From Acanthaster planci (taxonomy: Eukaryota), in contig NW_019091355.1 in the NCBI RefSeq assembly GCF_001949145.1, forward strand, positions 4,475,374 to 4,539,373: 64,000 nucleotides of DNA. Direction: 5' to 3'. Shown here in pieces: positions 1 to 12,000 of this stretch; within the stretch, counting starts at the first letter, position 1; each line of letters starts with the position of its first letter. The notes below the pieces were generated by a model, which worked only from the letters and a program-made list of their open reading frames with translations, did not search any database and was not told where the DNA came from. Made by a program: the position numbers and the translations under genes.

Positions 1-323
1 GCAAATCAGTGGCATTATTCACAAAAAACCAACACATCTTTGGTATGTATTGAATGATGTGGTTTTGAAGACAACAAAACAGAGGGCAACAAAACCAAAA
101 TAAAACATGCAACAAATAAAACTAAACCCAACCCAACCCAGCCCAAGTGTGTAAACGCCTTCAATCATGGACTCCCTATTGTTCCTCTTTTGTTCATACT
201 TTAACTTTTTTAGAAGACCTCCCATATGTTTTGTACACATTTTCGAACCGTGGACTCTTTGGCAACCGTGAACCCTATTGTCCACTATTGTTATAGGTCC
301 ACAATTTGAATGTGTATACAAAC

Positions 324-582
324 TCAACCCAACCAAATCAAACCTCACCAAACCCAACCCAACCCAACCCAATCAAACCTCACCAAACCCAACCTAACCT
401 CACCAAACCAAACCAACCAAACCTCACCATGCCCAACCCAATCAAACCTCACCAAACCAAACCAAACCAAACCAAACCCAACTTAACCAAACCAAACAAA
501 ACAACACCCAACCCAACCCAACCCAACCAAACCTCACCAAACCCAACGCAACTCAACCAAACCTAACCAAACCAAACCACAA
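324..582. repeat. Degenerate pentamer microsatellite (CCAAA/CCAAC/CCTCA)n
   Basis: Directly visible; it explains the spurious QPN/TKPN-rich ORF 306-566. Confidence 0.9.
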
Positions 583-2450
583 ACTTGACCTTCTTGTAAT
601 TCTATGCTTAAGTACATGTATGTACAATGTACTATGCAACTCCATTCTTCATCTGAGTATCTTTAGCCCTAGACTTTTGTACATGTAACAACTCTCATTT
701 AATGATTTGGTTATTCACATCTATTTTCAACTCCAGCTAAAATTGCTTGCCAAAAATGTACATGTACATACATGCACGTTATGTATCAAACATTACTGGA
801 TAGAGACCTGCATGTCAAAAAGTTCTTCAAAAAAGTCTGCCCGGGCAATTCTATGCAAAAAAGGAAATTGGTTCATGCTGTTATAGACCTCGTTATATTA
901 ATCACAATTTGTAAACAAAAAGAACTGTTACAAAAATGTCATTTTCCAATCAAATAAAGGCAATTATAGGTACTGCTTCCTACTGTCTTAAACAACCCTC
1001 TTTTTGTTTGAGAGTTACTCAAGATCCGAGGTTAGAAAGAGTGTGACCAAATTTCCAATTTCGCATGGAATTGTCCCCTGTGGGTATTAATGCTGGGTTT
1101 GTCTTTCTAGGTAGTCACTGGAATTTTCAAAAGCTTACACATATATATATATTGGGTTGAAATGAAATAGCCAGGAGCCCAGTGGTACCCAGTGGAACCC
1201 GGTACCACATGCACAAGTACAGTCCAACTTCAGCATGTGCTCACTACGTAATTATAATATGCAGAGTTTCTGCAAAGACCTCACAGTTAGTTTTAGACAA
1301 AAATCTATAAAATTAACTTTCTACCAACAGACAGAATCAAAATCAGTGTGAACAAGGGCTGATGAACAACTGATCGTCATGCAAAAAAAAAAAAAATCTG
1401 GACAGGCCATCGACGGTTGCATGTGAAATCACTGTCCTCAACATTCTACAAGGAACAGCAGACTCGCCATGATTTTTGTTGAAAGATGGTAAAGATCTAG
1501 ACCAGTTCGCTCCGCACATTCCAATGGACAGATCAGGAACCAGTCCCTATACAATACATGTACATGTACCAAAGCATCACGTCATTTTATTAGCAAGTGA
1601 ACGGTGCATGTTGGTTCGCGTACCGGTTCTCTCGCATAAGTCTTTTACACAACGTGCAACGTATTCGTTTCGGTACTCTAAACCCGTCACTTATTTGTAC
1701 AGCCCGGAATATTGGCAAATCAGCAATCCAGATTCTTTTTTTATTAGTATTCGGAGATCAGAGACCGATGATTCGAGATGTGTGATATTGTGTGTTACCA
1801 TCCCTCATATACAGTGTATATTCACAACTGGAAGCCAAATTCTCACTTGGTCCACTGGTTCACTGCCAGTCACTGTCTTTTGATGTTTACCAGGCGCGCA
1901 CGAGACGATCCATGCACAAATCAAATAGGCTTCTTGTGCTAAACTGTTCCAGGGGAAGAGTGTAGTGAAACTGCTGCCTGGCTGAAGTACGCATGCTCAA
2001 GCACTGCCCTAGCTAGTCATAAAAAGATGCGGTACACGTACATGTTGATGGGCGCTTTAAATGATGCCTGGAATTGTAATGGCATCTATGCATGAGGTAC
2101 GGTAAAACAAATATAACGTGGATTATTTCGGGTGGACAGTAGATGTTAACTCCTTTCTGTATTGGAAGTTGACAAACTAGTTCCTGGGGCGAAGCCGAGA
2201 GGAATCTAGCTTGTCAGGAGAGGTTCCCATTCCCCGAAGTCCAAGGCCAAGGGATAGAGCACATTCTTTTGGTCACTCACAGGCCTGAGAAGCACGAACA
2301 TGCATGAGTGACCAAATCATGCCAGTCCATGTGCTTTCTAACACCCCTCTGTCCAAAAATGAAAATGATTTTAAAAAAAAAGAAAAGTTTCAGGGTTTTG
2401 TACATGGACAGTTCTAATTCAACCATTAGCTCACACCAATTCAACAAAGC

Positions 2451-2626
2451 AATACAGGCAATTCACAAGAGTGTGCCTCCAAGCGTTTGCGATGCATTGA
2501 CCAATCACAGTGCACAAAATATGTTGATCCTTTCGAGACACGCATTGAACCAACAGATTTCGCGCATGGTGATTGGCCAACGCATTAAAAACTCTTGGTG
2601 GCTCACTATTGTGAAACGCCCGTTTT
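2451..2626. mobile_element. Palindromic MITE family A, degenerate copy
   Basis: TTCACAAGAGTG...CCAATCAC / GTGATTGG...ACTATTGTGAA; homologous to the copies at 8154, 30851 and 31701. Confidence 0.8.
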
Positions 2627-3048
2627 AACAATTAAAAGAACACCTTTAGTTTCCCTAGATTCGGGTTTTGAGTTGCTGCTCACTGATCTCATCATACAAC
2701 GGTGCTGTAACCAGTCAAAAATTTCAGGCCCTACTCTGGATATCACAAGTGCGCGATGTCTTGGCGCATATCGAGTTTACGCACAGGCAAATTTCATGCA
2801 CTAGTCTGCATTAGTGAAACCCCACATGACTGTACAAGTACCAAAAAAACAACAGCAAGACGAATGTTTAATGGACTATCCCCCCTGAAAACATTCTTTA
2901 GTTGTACACTGGTGTCTTTTCTGCTGCCAATGTGGCAGAGCAAGACTTTACTTCTTGAGCATCCGTTACTTCTCAGCTGGACGCGTATTGAGGAACAGCT
3001 TGGGGGGCATGTGGGTTAGTAATATCAGACCAGAGGAAGCATACTTAC

Positions 3049-3081
3049 ATGAAGCTGGGACTGGGAAGGGTGGCCCATTTG
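3049..3081 (-). CDS. CCDC6: CCDC6 candidate 33-nt microexon ([11 protein letters not shown])
   Basis: Pyrimidine tract ctcccttgcattccctcag and donor GTAAGT; phase 0-0. Confidence 0.6.
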
Positions 3082-6000
3082 CTGAGGGAATGCAAGGGAG
3101 GGGTGAGAATTAACCAACTTTGGTTTTTATTGTTGTAATGTCTCTCGGGTAAAGGTGCTCCTTCTGGGGTGCCACTCCCAAAATACACACAAGGGCCAAA
3201 TAATTAAAAAAAAAACAAATACGATTTCTCCCTTTAAGAAAAGGCAATAAACCGTTTTCCTTTTTGACTGATGCTTGGTAAAAAGAGTTACGGAAGTACT
3301 GCTCTCAACCGCTTGATAAATAAATCAACTCCTCTGATTCAAAACTGCAAAATTTACAGTTTGCTGCAAGCATAAACTTTACATGTGCATGTACATGTGG
3401 GTGTACATGTATGTGGGAGTTCAAATGGTCAACGAGGCTTTGCATATGACAATTTCCATTTGCTGTGAAGTCCTCCTACAAATAAAACATAATTTCAATG
3501 GAACCTGTACTTAATAAATGACAAAAATGATCATGAAGACATCTGGGCCTCACGCTTCTCTCAGAGGCAGTCTGATCAAAATGGCAAGCAATCAGACTCT
3601 TTGGGCCTACTTAATTCATAAATATGCATGTGTGTTAATTAAGGAGAGAGGTTGAATATGTTAATTCATATTCACATGTTAGATTTCAAGGGACAAAAGA
3701 ACTAGTTTATAATGAGGAGATATAGGATACACTTGATGGGACAAACAGGTACATGTACATATGTGTACACCACTGTCATTTAGAAGCAGACCGCGGTGCA
3801 GCACACAGTAGATTTGTTCCGTGTCAAATCACCCAAGGGGTTTTTAGAGCCCGTCCCATTCAGTTTGGCTCACATGTATCACATGTCACATGTACGCGGT
3901 AATTGTGGCTGAAAAGGTTGAAACGTCGAGTTCCAGCCCCACTGGACCAAAAGCGTTTGTGCTCGGGGCCGCCATGTCGGATGCAATTTTCATCAGGCAA
4001 GAATATCGGGGGTGGGATTTAAGCTTCAGAACATTTTGGGAGACTTGACATGGAATGGCCCAGTATTCAGGCTGTAGGCACTAGGCAAGCCTTCAAACCT
4101 TCAATAAATGGCACAATGTATGAGGAAAACACAAGCCAGCATCCGGTGTTGGATCAGCAAAGGTAACGACCACCATGTACAGGGCACCTAATGCTATTTA
4201 ATAAAGAACTGTTTTATGTGAAGGTATTAGGGCTGATGGTCTAGTTTACGTACGGTTGGCAATTAAACAATTACCTACTCCTGCAATGATAAACAAATCC
4301 CTGAGAAAAATACGGTCACCTGTGACATTTTTTTAATGAACCCTATTCTACTTTTGTTCTGAAGCGAGACATGGGACTTGTTACATGCATCAAAAGGGCA
4401 TATTTGATTGCATATTTGATTGCATCTTTGATTTACAGTAAGTGCCATTTGCTAAAACAGTGGCAGGCAGTGTTGTTCTTATAGAGAGTCCCAGTTTTTG
4501 TTTAACTGAAATTGTACTTTCACCATACATGCACAAGGGGCTCGTTAAGAGATTGCTTTTTTTGAGGGGGGGAGGAGGGGCTGGAAATACAATCTGTCAT
4601 CATCTATGAATCTGTAAGAATTCCTGTCACTCATTGATCATAACCCCCTGGGCAGCTGAAATAGAAACAGTACTGAATGAAACAAATTTTAACATATGCA
4701 TCTAAGAGCAGGGCCCAATTTCACGGCGCTGCTTCCTGTTAAGTAAATAATTTTGCTAACCATAACACAAAAAACGGTAAGCATATTTCCCGGCGAATAA
4801 TTACACAGTTGCTATGCTTGGTTCAAAAAATGCATGGCCATTGTTACATCACCACGGTAAGCAAATTTTTCCTCCGAGACAAGAGTGTCTTTTGCCATGC
4901 TTACTGCTCACGGTCTCCATGAAATACGAGGAGCCTCTGTTGGCGTAATACTGTGTGCTCAGCGGCACTGTGAAATTGGGTACACATGCGCACAAAGCTG
5001 ATTAAACTCCAGTATGTCAACACTATTGAAGTTTGAGTCATACAGAAACATGTGTGGGACTGTGCAGTAGAGTGATCACTTGCACCACAGCTGCATAAAA
5101 CCTGTCAAAAGCAGACACAGTAAGACACATGGTGCCACTAGCCAGTCACTCCAGGGAACGACCTCTGCGTGTTCCAACTCCCACAAAATCCAACACCATC
5201 ATCCTAGGCCTTTGTTCCCCGATCCAACAGCGTTGAACACAAGTTCGTAACGTACATGTATGGTGCTGAATCAGCCAAAACTTGACAAAAAACCTACGGT
5301 CGGAGTTTGAGGGGCTTGGGGTAGTTAGGGTTAAAAGCAGTAGTAAACAGAAATACGGAAGACAACTAGTCTATTTTTTGGAGGTTTTTCAATTTAGTAC
5401 ATGTACAGGAAGATACAGGGGAAATTTGAGCGCATGGGGGAAAAAATTAGAGGGGATATACATGTAGTCTGGCGGATGAGAGGTAAAGAAGAGCAGGGGG
5501 CCATCAATCTTACCTGACCCTGTGATGGAGGTGTGGAGCCCATCTGAAGGGGGTAAACAGGGGCAAAATTAGGCAATTCACCCTACACATGTATGTGCAT
5601 ATGTTGCAAGCATTTTAAAATCATCACACACGAATACCTTCTGCATGGGTACACTGGCCAATGGAGGTTGGAGAAATCTCAACCCTGTAATTTTGAAGCT
5701 GAGCGCTCGCTTAGATTTGGTACTAGATCATATGCGGTGAAAGGCGAAGTATCAACATTTTAAAATCAGACTTGCCACTTAAAACATACCAACTACAGGT
5801 CTGTATCTCTTTATACATGTACAAGTACATGTACTGTATTTATCCTTATAGATCTAGGTAATCCTGACTGGAATGATATTTGCTGACCGACACATTATGA
5901 AGGGTTGGGGTGAAGGAGTAAATGATCCATCAAAGACTTTTGAACAAATGCCAAACCACAATCTGCACCCCAGAGTAGAAGAAAAAGACAACCAGCTTCA

Positions 6001-9000
6001 ACTACTCACATGCATTAAGTGGCTCGGCCCAACAGGTGGGGAAGTCCCGTACGGACTGATCGGCGAGGGATGACTGGGGGGTCCCACGGCAAAGGGCGTG
6101 CTCCGGCTCGCTGGTGACGACGGAGAGAAAGCAGTGTGCATCGCTGTCAGTATGGTGTGGTCATTGTTGAGATGGTATCAGCACACATGTACACACACGC
6201 ACACAGCATACGATGCCGTACACGAAGCAGGCAGAGTGAGTCGCATGGGAAAAGGGAGCAACAGACAAGGTTGGAAGGGAGGGGGAAAAGGAAAGTTGGA
6301 AAGGCAAAGGAAAAATGCAAAAAATAGAAAAAGTAAAACAAACGTAAAGGTGATATCACTCATCATGCAATGTGCAGCATGTGCATCGGCTCATATCAGA
6401 AACATACATACAAGTACATCAGATAGCTACACCCCAACGGGTTTGCTTTGAATCCCACTATATGTGATGTACATGTACATGTATACACTGTTAACCTTAA
6501 CCTTCCTCAATCCTCCAAAATCCTTTGGGCAGTTTTGGAGGATTTTGGAGGATTGAGGGTGAATGGCAGAAGTGCATGGCTGATGTCAAAGGATGCCATG
6601 AGTGAAGGTCGTGGGTTAGACCTTGTGTTGTTTTTGCTTAGTCATGCATAAATTCAGCCCGATCTTTCTTATAATGACAGGAATTGCTGGAGGAGTTTGA
6701 AGGATTGAGGCAGTAGGCACACCTCCAAGTAACATTTTCAAGAAATTTTGGAGGATTTCGGACGATTGAGGGAGAATCCAATTTTTTTGTCCCCCCCAAA
6801 TTGAAGGATTCTGGAGGACTGAGGGGTTCCCTAGTAAAAAGGGCCGAGGGGGTTAGGGTTAAAGAAAAGTGACAACATGCATACTCACAGTACGTATCAA
6901 ATGGGATGTGTCAAAAGTGTCCACTCAACATAGACTTTGATTTATCATACATACATGTATCGGTACATGTATGCTGTTTTGACTGTAACAATGATATCTT
7001 TTCTCTGCAAATATGCAAACTACATGTGCATGCACATGCTAAGATCAGGCATACAACTGGGAGTTTTGGGGAAAAAAACAAGGAAATTCGCAACTGTACA
7101 AGATACTGCACCATGTTGTTTTAAATTGTAATGGCGAGCAGGTACGTGAGAAGTGACATACAGGAAGATTGGCTGATCGGAGGATATCTTAGCTGCGATG
7201 TGGGATAACAGTAATGAAGGCTCTTCAGAATGATCAACGTTATGCAACATGAATCAACAGCTGCCATGAATCAATATAACTTGAGGCCCTTCAACAGACT
7301 TCTGTACTGATGATGTCACATCTTGTTTACATAAGCACTTTCCTACAGAGCCAGTGGGGGTCTATGGTCACTGAGCACTGTAGGAAAGCTCATGCGTGAA
7401 CAAAGTGTGACGTTTTTGGTAAAGAGGTCTGCTGACTGTCATGAAATTTCACAAAGAAAATCAAGGAACAGGATCGTGCAAGGCATGCATTTGTTCTGTG
7501 CACAAACTCCAGTTGAAGACAACGGGCCAATTCAGAACCTACATGCACCTGTATTGTCCTTTTATCTAATTCCTCACATGTAAACACATCATTGTACCAA
7601 GTTATGGGGACAAGACACATGTTGACACATGGTTCTTCTCAGAACCACACATATTCAAGAAAGAGATTGATCCATGGTGTAACTGCAATCGTTTTACTCA
7701 TATGTTGACACAGATGTTATGGGGACCAACAATTTCTTGGAGGAAAGAATTTCTTCTTCCCACACCCTTCGTCCCGACATTCCTAGTAAATGAAATTGCC
7801 CTCTCAATGTGGGTAAGGTCTACAGATGCATAACGTACATGTACGTGGGCTACAGACACACATGTAGATATATGTACGTGAGCTACAGACACACATGTAG
7901 ATACATGTACGTGGGCTACAGACACACATGTAGATACATGTACGTGGGCTACATACACACATGTAGATACATGTACATGTACGTGGGCTACAGACACACA
8001 TGTAGATACATGTACGTGGGCTACAGACACACATGTAGATACATGTACATGTACGTGGGCTACAGACACACATGTAGATACATGTACGTGGGCTACAGAC
8101 ACACATGTAGATGCATGTACAGGTAAGGGTACAACATAGAATTATGCAACAGTAATACGGGTGATTCACAAGAGTGCGCCCCCAAGAGTCTGCAAAGTGT
8201 TGGCCAATCAGAACGCACAAACTTTGTCAACCCTTTCCGAACGCGCATTGGGTTGACAGATTTCACGCATCGTGATTGGCCAATGCGTTACAAACTCTTG
8301 ATGGCGCACTATTGTGAATTGCCTGTATTGGAACCAAAATGCCGTAGGAGAAACCACACAGTCCCTATACCCCAGTCCAAATTTGTCAAAAAATGGATCG
8401 ACCGCAAACAAACCAGAAACCCTAAACGAAAAACTGCAAACCAGAAACCAACCAACCTTTAACCAAAACCCATAAACCAAACCTAAACCAAAAACAGACA
8501 CAAGACAAAGACAACCAAAACAAACCAATATACACACCAAAAAACAAACCCAAAACAAAACAATATTCAAAGGAAGGTACCCAATACTACACATGAACAA
8601 CAATACAGGAAACTGGTACAAGGATCAGATCAATCAATTTCCATGCAGTGTTTGTACATGTGATGCATAAAGCTCACCTATTTACAAAAGTCTATTCGAC
8701 TCAGCCGGTCATTACAAAGGAAACAAATATGTGCTTGGCCAGTTTTAAAGCACCTTTCCATATGTGCATTTTTAGAGTGCGTTGCCAAACAATGCGTTCA
8801 TGCGTTTCACTTTCACAGACACCATTAAATTAACATAACACACATGACACATGTGTGTTGGATTTGGCTGCCAGATCCTGACCCAGTCCACATGTGGATT
8901 GGGTCTCAGTCCCCACCTGATTCTGTGATTCTGGGATTTCCTCCCACCTCTAAAACTGTAACTGCTTCTAATTGTCTAGTCTCTAACAGGTTTCTTCAGG

Positions 9001-12000
9001 CCTGTGAGATGCAGTGCCCAGGACACGTTTGAGGAATCCTTGGTTTCTTTACCAGAAATACTTTATGACTATAAACGACGAGTAAAAAAAAACAAATGCA
9101 GTGAATAGAATGATTAATCGAACGACTGATTCGCATACCTGGAGAAATGGGCCTGTTTGGATTCGGTGAGTATGGGATGGGGCTTGAGATCGTCCGCGGC
9201 CGCAGACTGCCGTGGACAGCCATCTCATTGAACTGCCTTTCGTCGTCCATCTCCAGGCTGGACTCGCTCTCCGACAGGTGCCTGCTCAGGGCTTCCCTCC
9301 TCTCCTGCTCAAGCAGGAGCTTGCGCTGCAGGCGGAGATTCTCCTCCTTGAACTCTCGTTCCTCCTGTACCAAGTGAGCCATCTTCTCTTGATCTGATCA
9401 GTGAGAAAGCCATCATGAAATTGAATTCATCTGACCAGTTTCATATAGGTGTACATGCAGATTTGAACCATTTGCTATGGCCGCACAATGTACATTCGAA
9501 CATTTTAAAAAAAGGGCCACCTTTGACCATGTAATCCATATACCAAAACCCAAACGGTTCAGATCCAAATTAATATCAGTATTACATACAATATAGGCTT
9601 ACGTCCGCTTCACAGTTACGGTATCCGGATCTCTGGTTCCCACCAAAGGTACATGTACATGTATTTGCTCCAAAGTGCCTAAGGCTACATCTACATTGGT
9701 TACTTAGAGCTAGGTCTGGATCTTGCTCCAATGGAAATACACAGAGACACACTGACAGCAGACATAGCCGTAGCTCTGGCAATCCATTTTGGACACTGCC
9801 TAAAACTTGGGACATGGCTACGTTTGTGCCTGGAAGACTGCGTTCCTGAATGCTTGACAATGTATCTGGCACACCATGAGACATTGGTTACCTTGAGATG
9901 TTATGCAGCCCTACTTACGTTCAATTTGAGCGGACATCAGCTGGCCTTTGAGTTTGCGGACTTCGTTGCGTAGCTGGTCGACATAAACACTCAAGTTATC
10001 GGTGGTGCTGCCATTCTTGATTTCCCTGGGCGAGGCTGGGGCTGAAACCGGTTCATCTAACTTTTCCTGCAGCATTCTAAACATGAAAGGAACTATTTTA
10101 TGAAACAAAATGCCTCAAACCATGAGTAAAACTTCAGAACTTGCAACTTCATCTGACAATTTAGCCTTAAAACAAAACCACAAGAATGAATCCATGGTGA
10201 TACAATAAAGGTAAAACTGCCTCTAAAAATGTTTTTCAGAGTGGGGTAAACTTGCATTCACACAACTTTGTCCGCAAAAGGTTCATGCAACCGGAACTAT
10301 GTGATCCACTGAAAATCAGGTGCGTGTACGATGTACATACTTTAGCATTCACATGCTGTTCTATTGGCACTGCATTTGCGCTAAGTAATGTATCAGTCAT
10401 CTTTTCTCTGCTTACATGAGTTCGGAGATCTAAGTACACGTGCATGTTGTGAGTAACTTTCTGGAGAGCAACATGTAACACGTAGAGTACGAATACATAT
10501 GAAAAATGCCAACATTGGAAAGTCAGAAATTGGAACAACCGCTTTATGGGTACACGGCGAAACACGCAGCTGCGTTAGAAAAGCTATTTACATGTACATA
10601 TACATACATGTACATGCACTTGTGCTACAACTGCCATTCTGACATAGCAAACAGTGTCCTCTTTATTCCGCAAACAGCGCCCTCTTTTGCCAGGACTTTC
10701 TCATTCACTTTTTGTTTTCCTTTTCATGGAAATGTTGCGACAGTCCCGAATAAATCGCGACGGTTGGCAGGCAGGTATGAACGGGTGAATCACACGCACA
10801 AAACCCCCCTTTGACCTTTTTTCTGCTTCCAGCCGGTCCATCCTCTTCCAGAGTCTGTTGACTAACGCTTCCTGCTCCTGCTCCAGACAATTCTCTAGAT
10901 CCACCTTCTCTCTCCTCAACTGCAACAAACAAGAACGTGGGTGTCACAGTCCTGAGCCGCTGTACGGCGTGTCACATAAAAACTGAGCGGAAAACAGTGT
11001 CCTCATAGGTGACTGGCAACTCTCATCCCCAGAGTGTCAAGTACAAAGCAGTGTCACTTTCCAGTGGATGGATCATGTCTTCCTCGTTCAAACAAGCAGG
11101 AAAGCAATGAAAAACACGGGGCACTTGGCTTTGGCTCACTTACATGTGAAGGATCCCCGGGGCAATTAGATCTTCATGTCCAACTTGTATTCTGGATTCT
11201 GATTGGTCAATCCATGGCAATGACAGTGTGGTATTACACCCTAAGGCACGGTCTACACTGTAATTTTGCATACTGTGCTCAGTTCCGCGTACATGTACTG
11301 TGCTATTTTGAGCTTGGGTAAAAATGTAGAGCTGTGCACAAATTAGTGTTTTCACATCTCACATTATACTTTTCCTTTGGCACTGGGGTATGTTGGACGA
11401 AGACTAGCAAACTCTTTCTGTTCCACACAGGTTCAAGGGATTAACTACTAATATCTGATGTATTTCTTAAAGTAAAAGACAGAAAGCTCATGCCTAAAAT
11501 CAACACAGTTTCATAGAGATATACTGCGATACCTGATTTCAGAGAACTACACATAAATGTACAGGTAGAAAACTTTGATGTACTTTTAAGTGGATGCAAT
11601 CAACAGGTCAATAAGAAAACAACAAAAGCTCCATCATACAAGGGGTAGAGGTCTGACCGGACCAATGAATGACCGCCAGGAATCAAATTAATTCCCAAGT
11701 TCTTGGTGGTACACGTACCTCTTCAAGTTTCTTCTGTTTGGAGACGGTGTCATTTTCCAGTCTCTCAATCTTCCTCATCAGTTTGTTGACTTGGTACTCC
11801 TGTTCCTGCTCCAGCGTTCTCTCGAGCTGATGCTTTTCCTGACGAAGCTGCACATGGGGGGGGGGACAAATCTCGAGTGAATCTCAAAACCGAATCTCAG
11901 AATCTCAAAACTTTTCTAAACATGAGTCGTTGACGTTGTATGCTGTTGGGTTACAGTAGAGTAATTGGCCTCACTCGATGATAATGAAAATTTAAATAAC

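Noticed and set aside
19..566. ORFs 19-372 and 306-566
   Set aside because: Products of low-complexity pentamer repeats.
3885..4071. Open phase-0 minus-strand stretch as a CCDC6 terminal exon
   Set aside because: Weak acceptor, no resemblance to the CCDC6 tail, and repeat-like content.
7698..8220. Cys/His/Val-rich repetitive ORFs
   Set aside because: These are translations of a 33-bp intronic minisatellite, open in several frames on both strands.
8678..8699. Possible extra CCDC6 microexon at a GTGAGC donor
   Set aside because: The nearest acceptors give 14 or 22 nt, which do not preserve frame.
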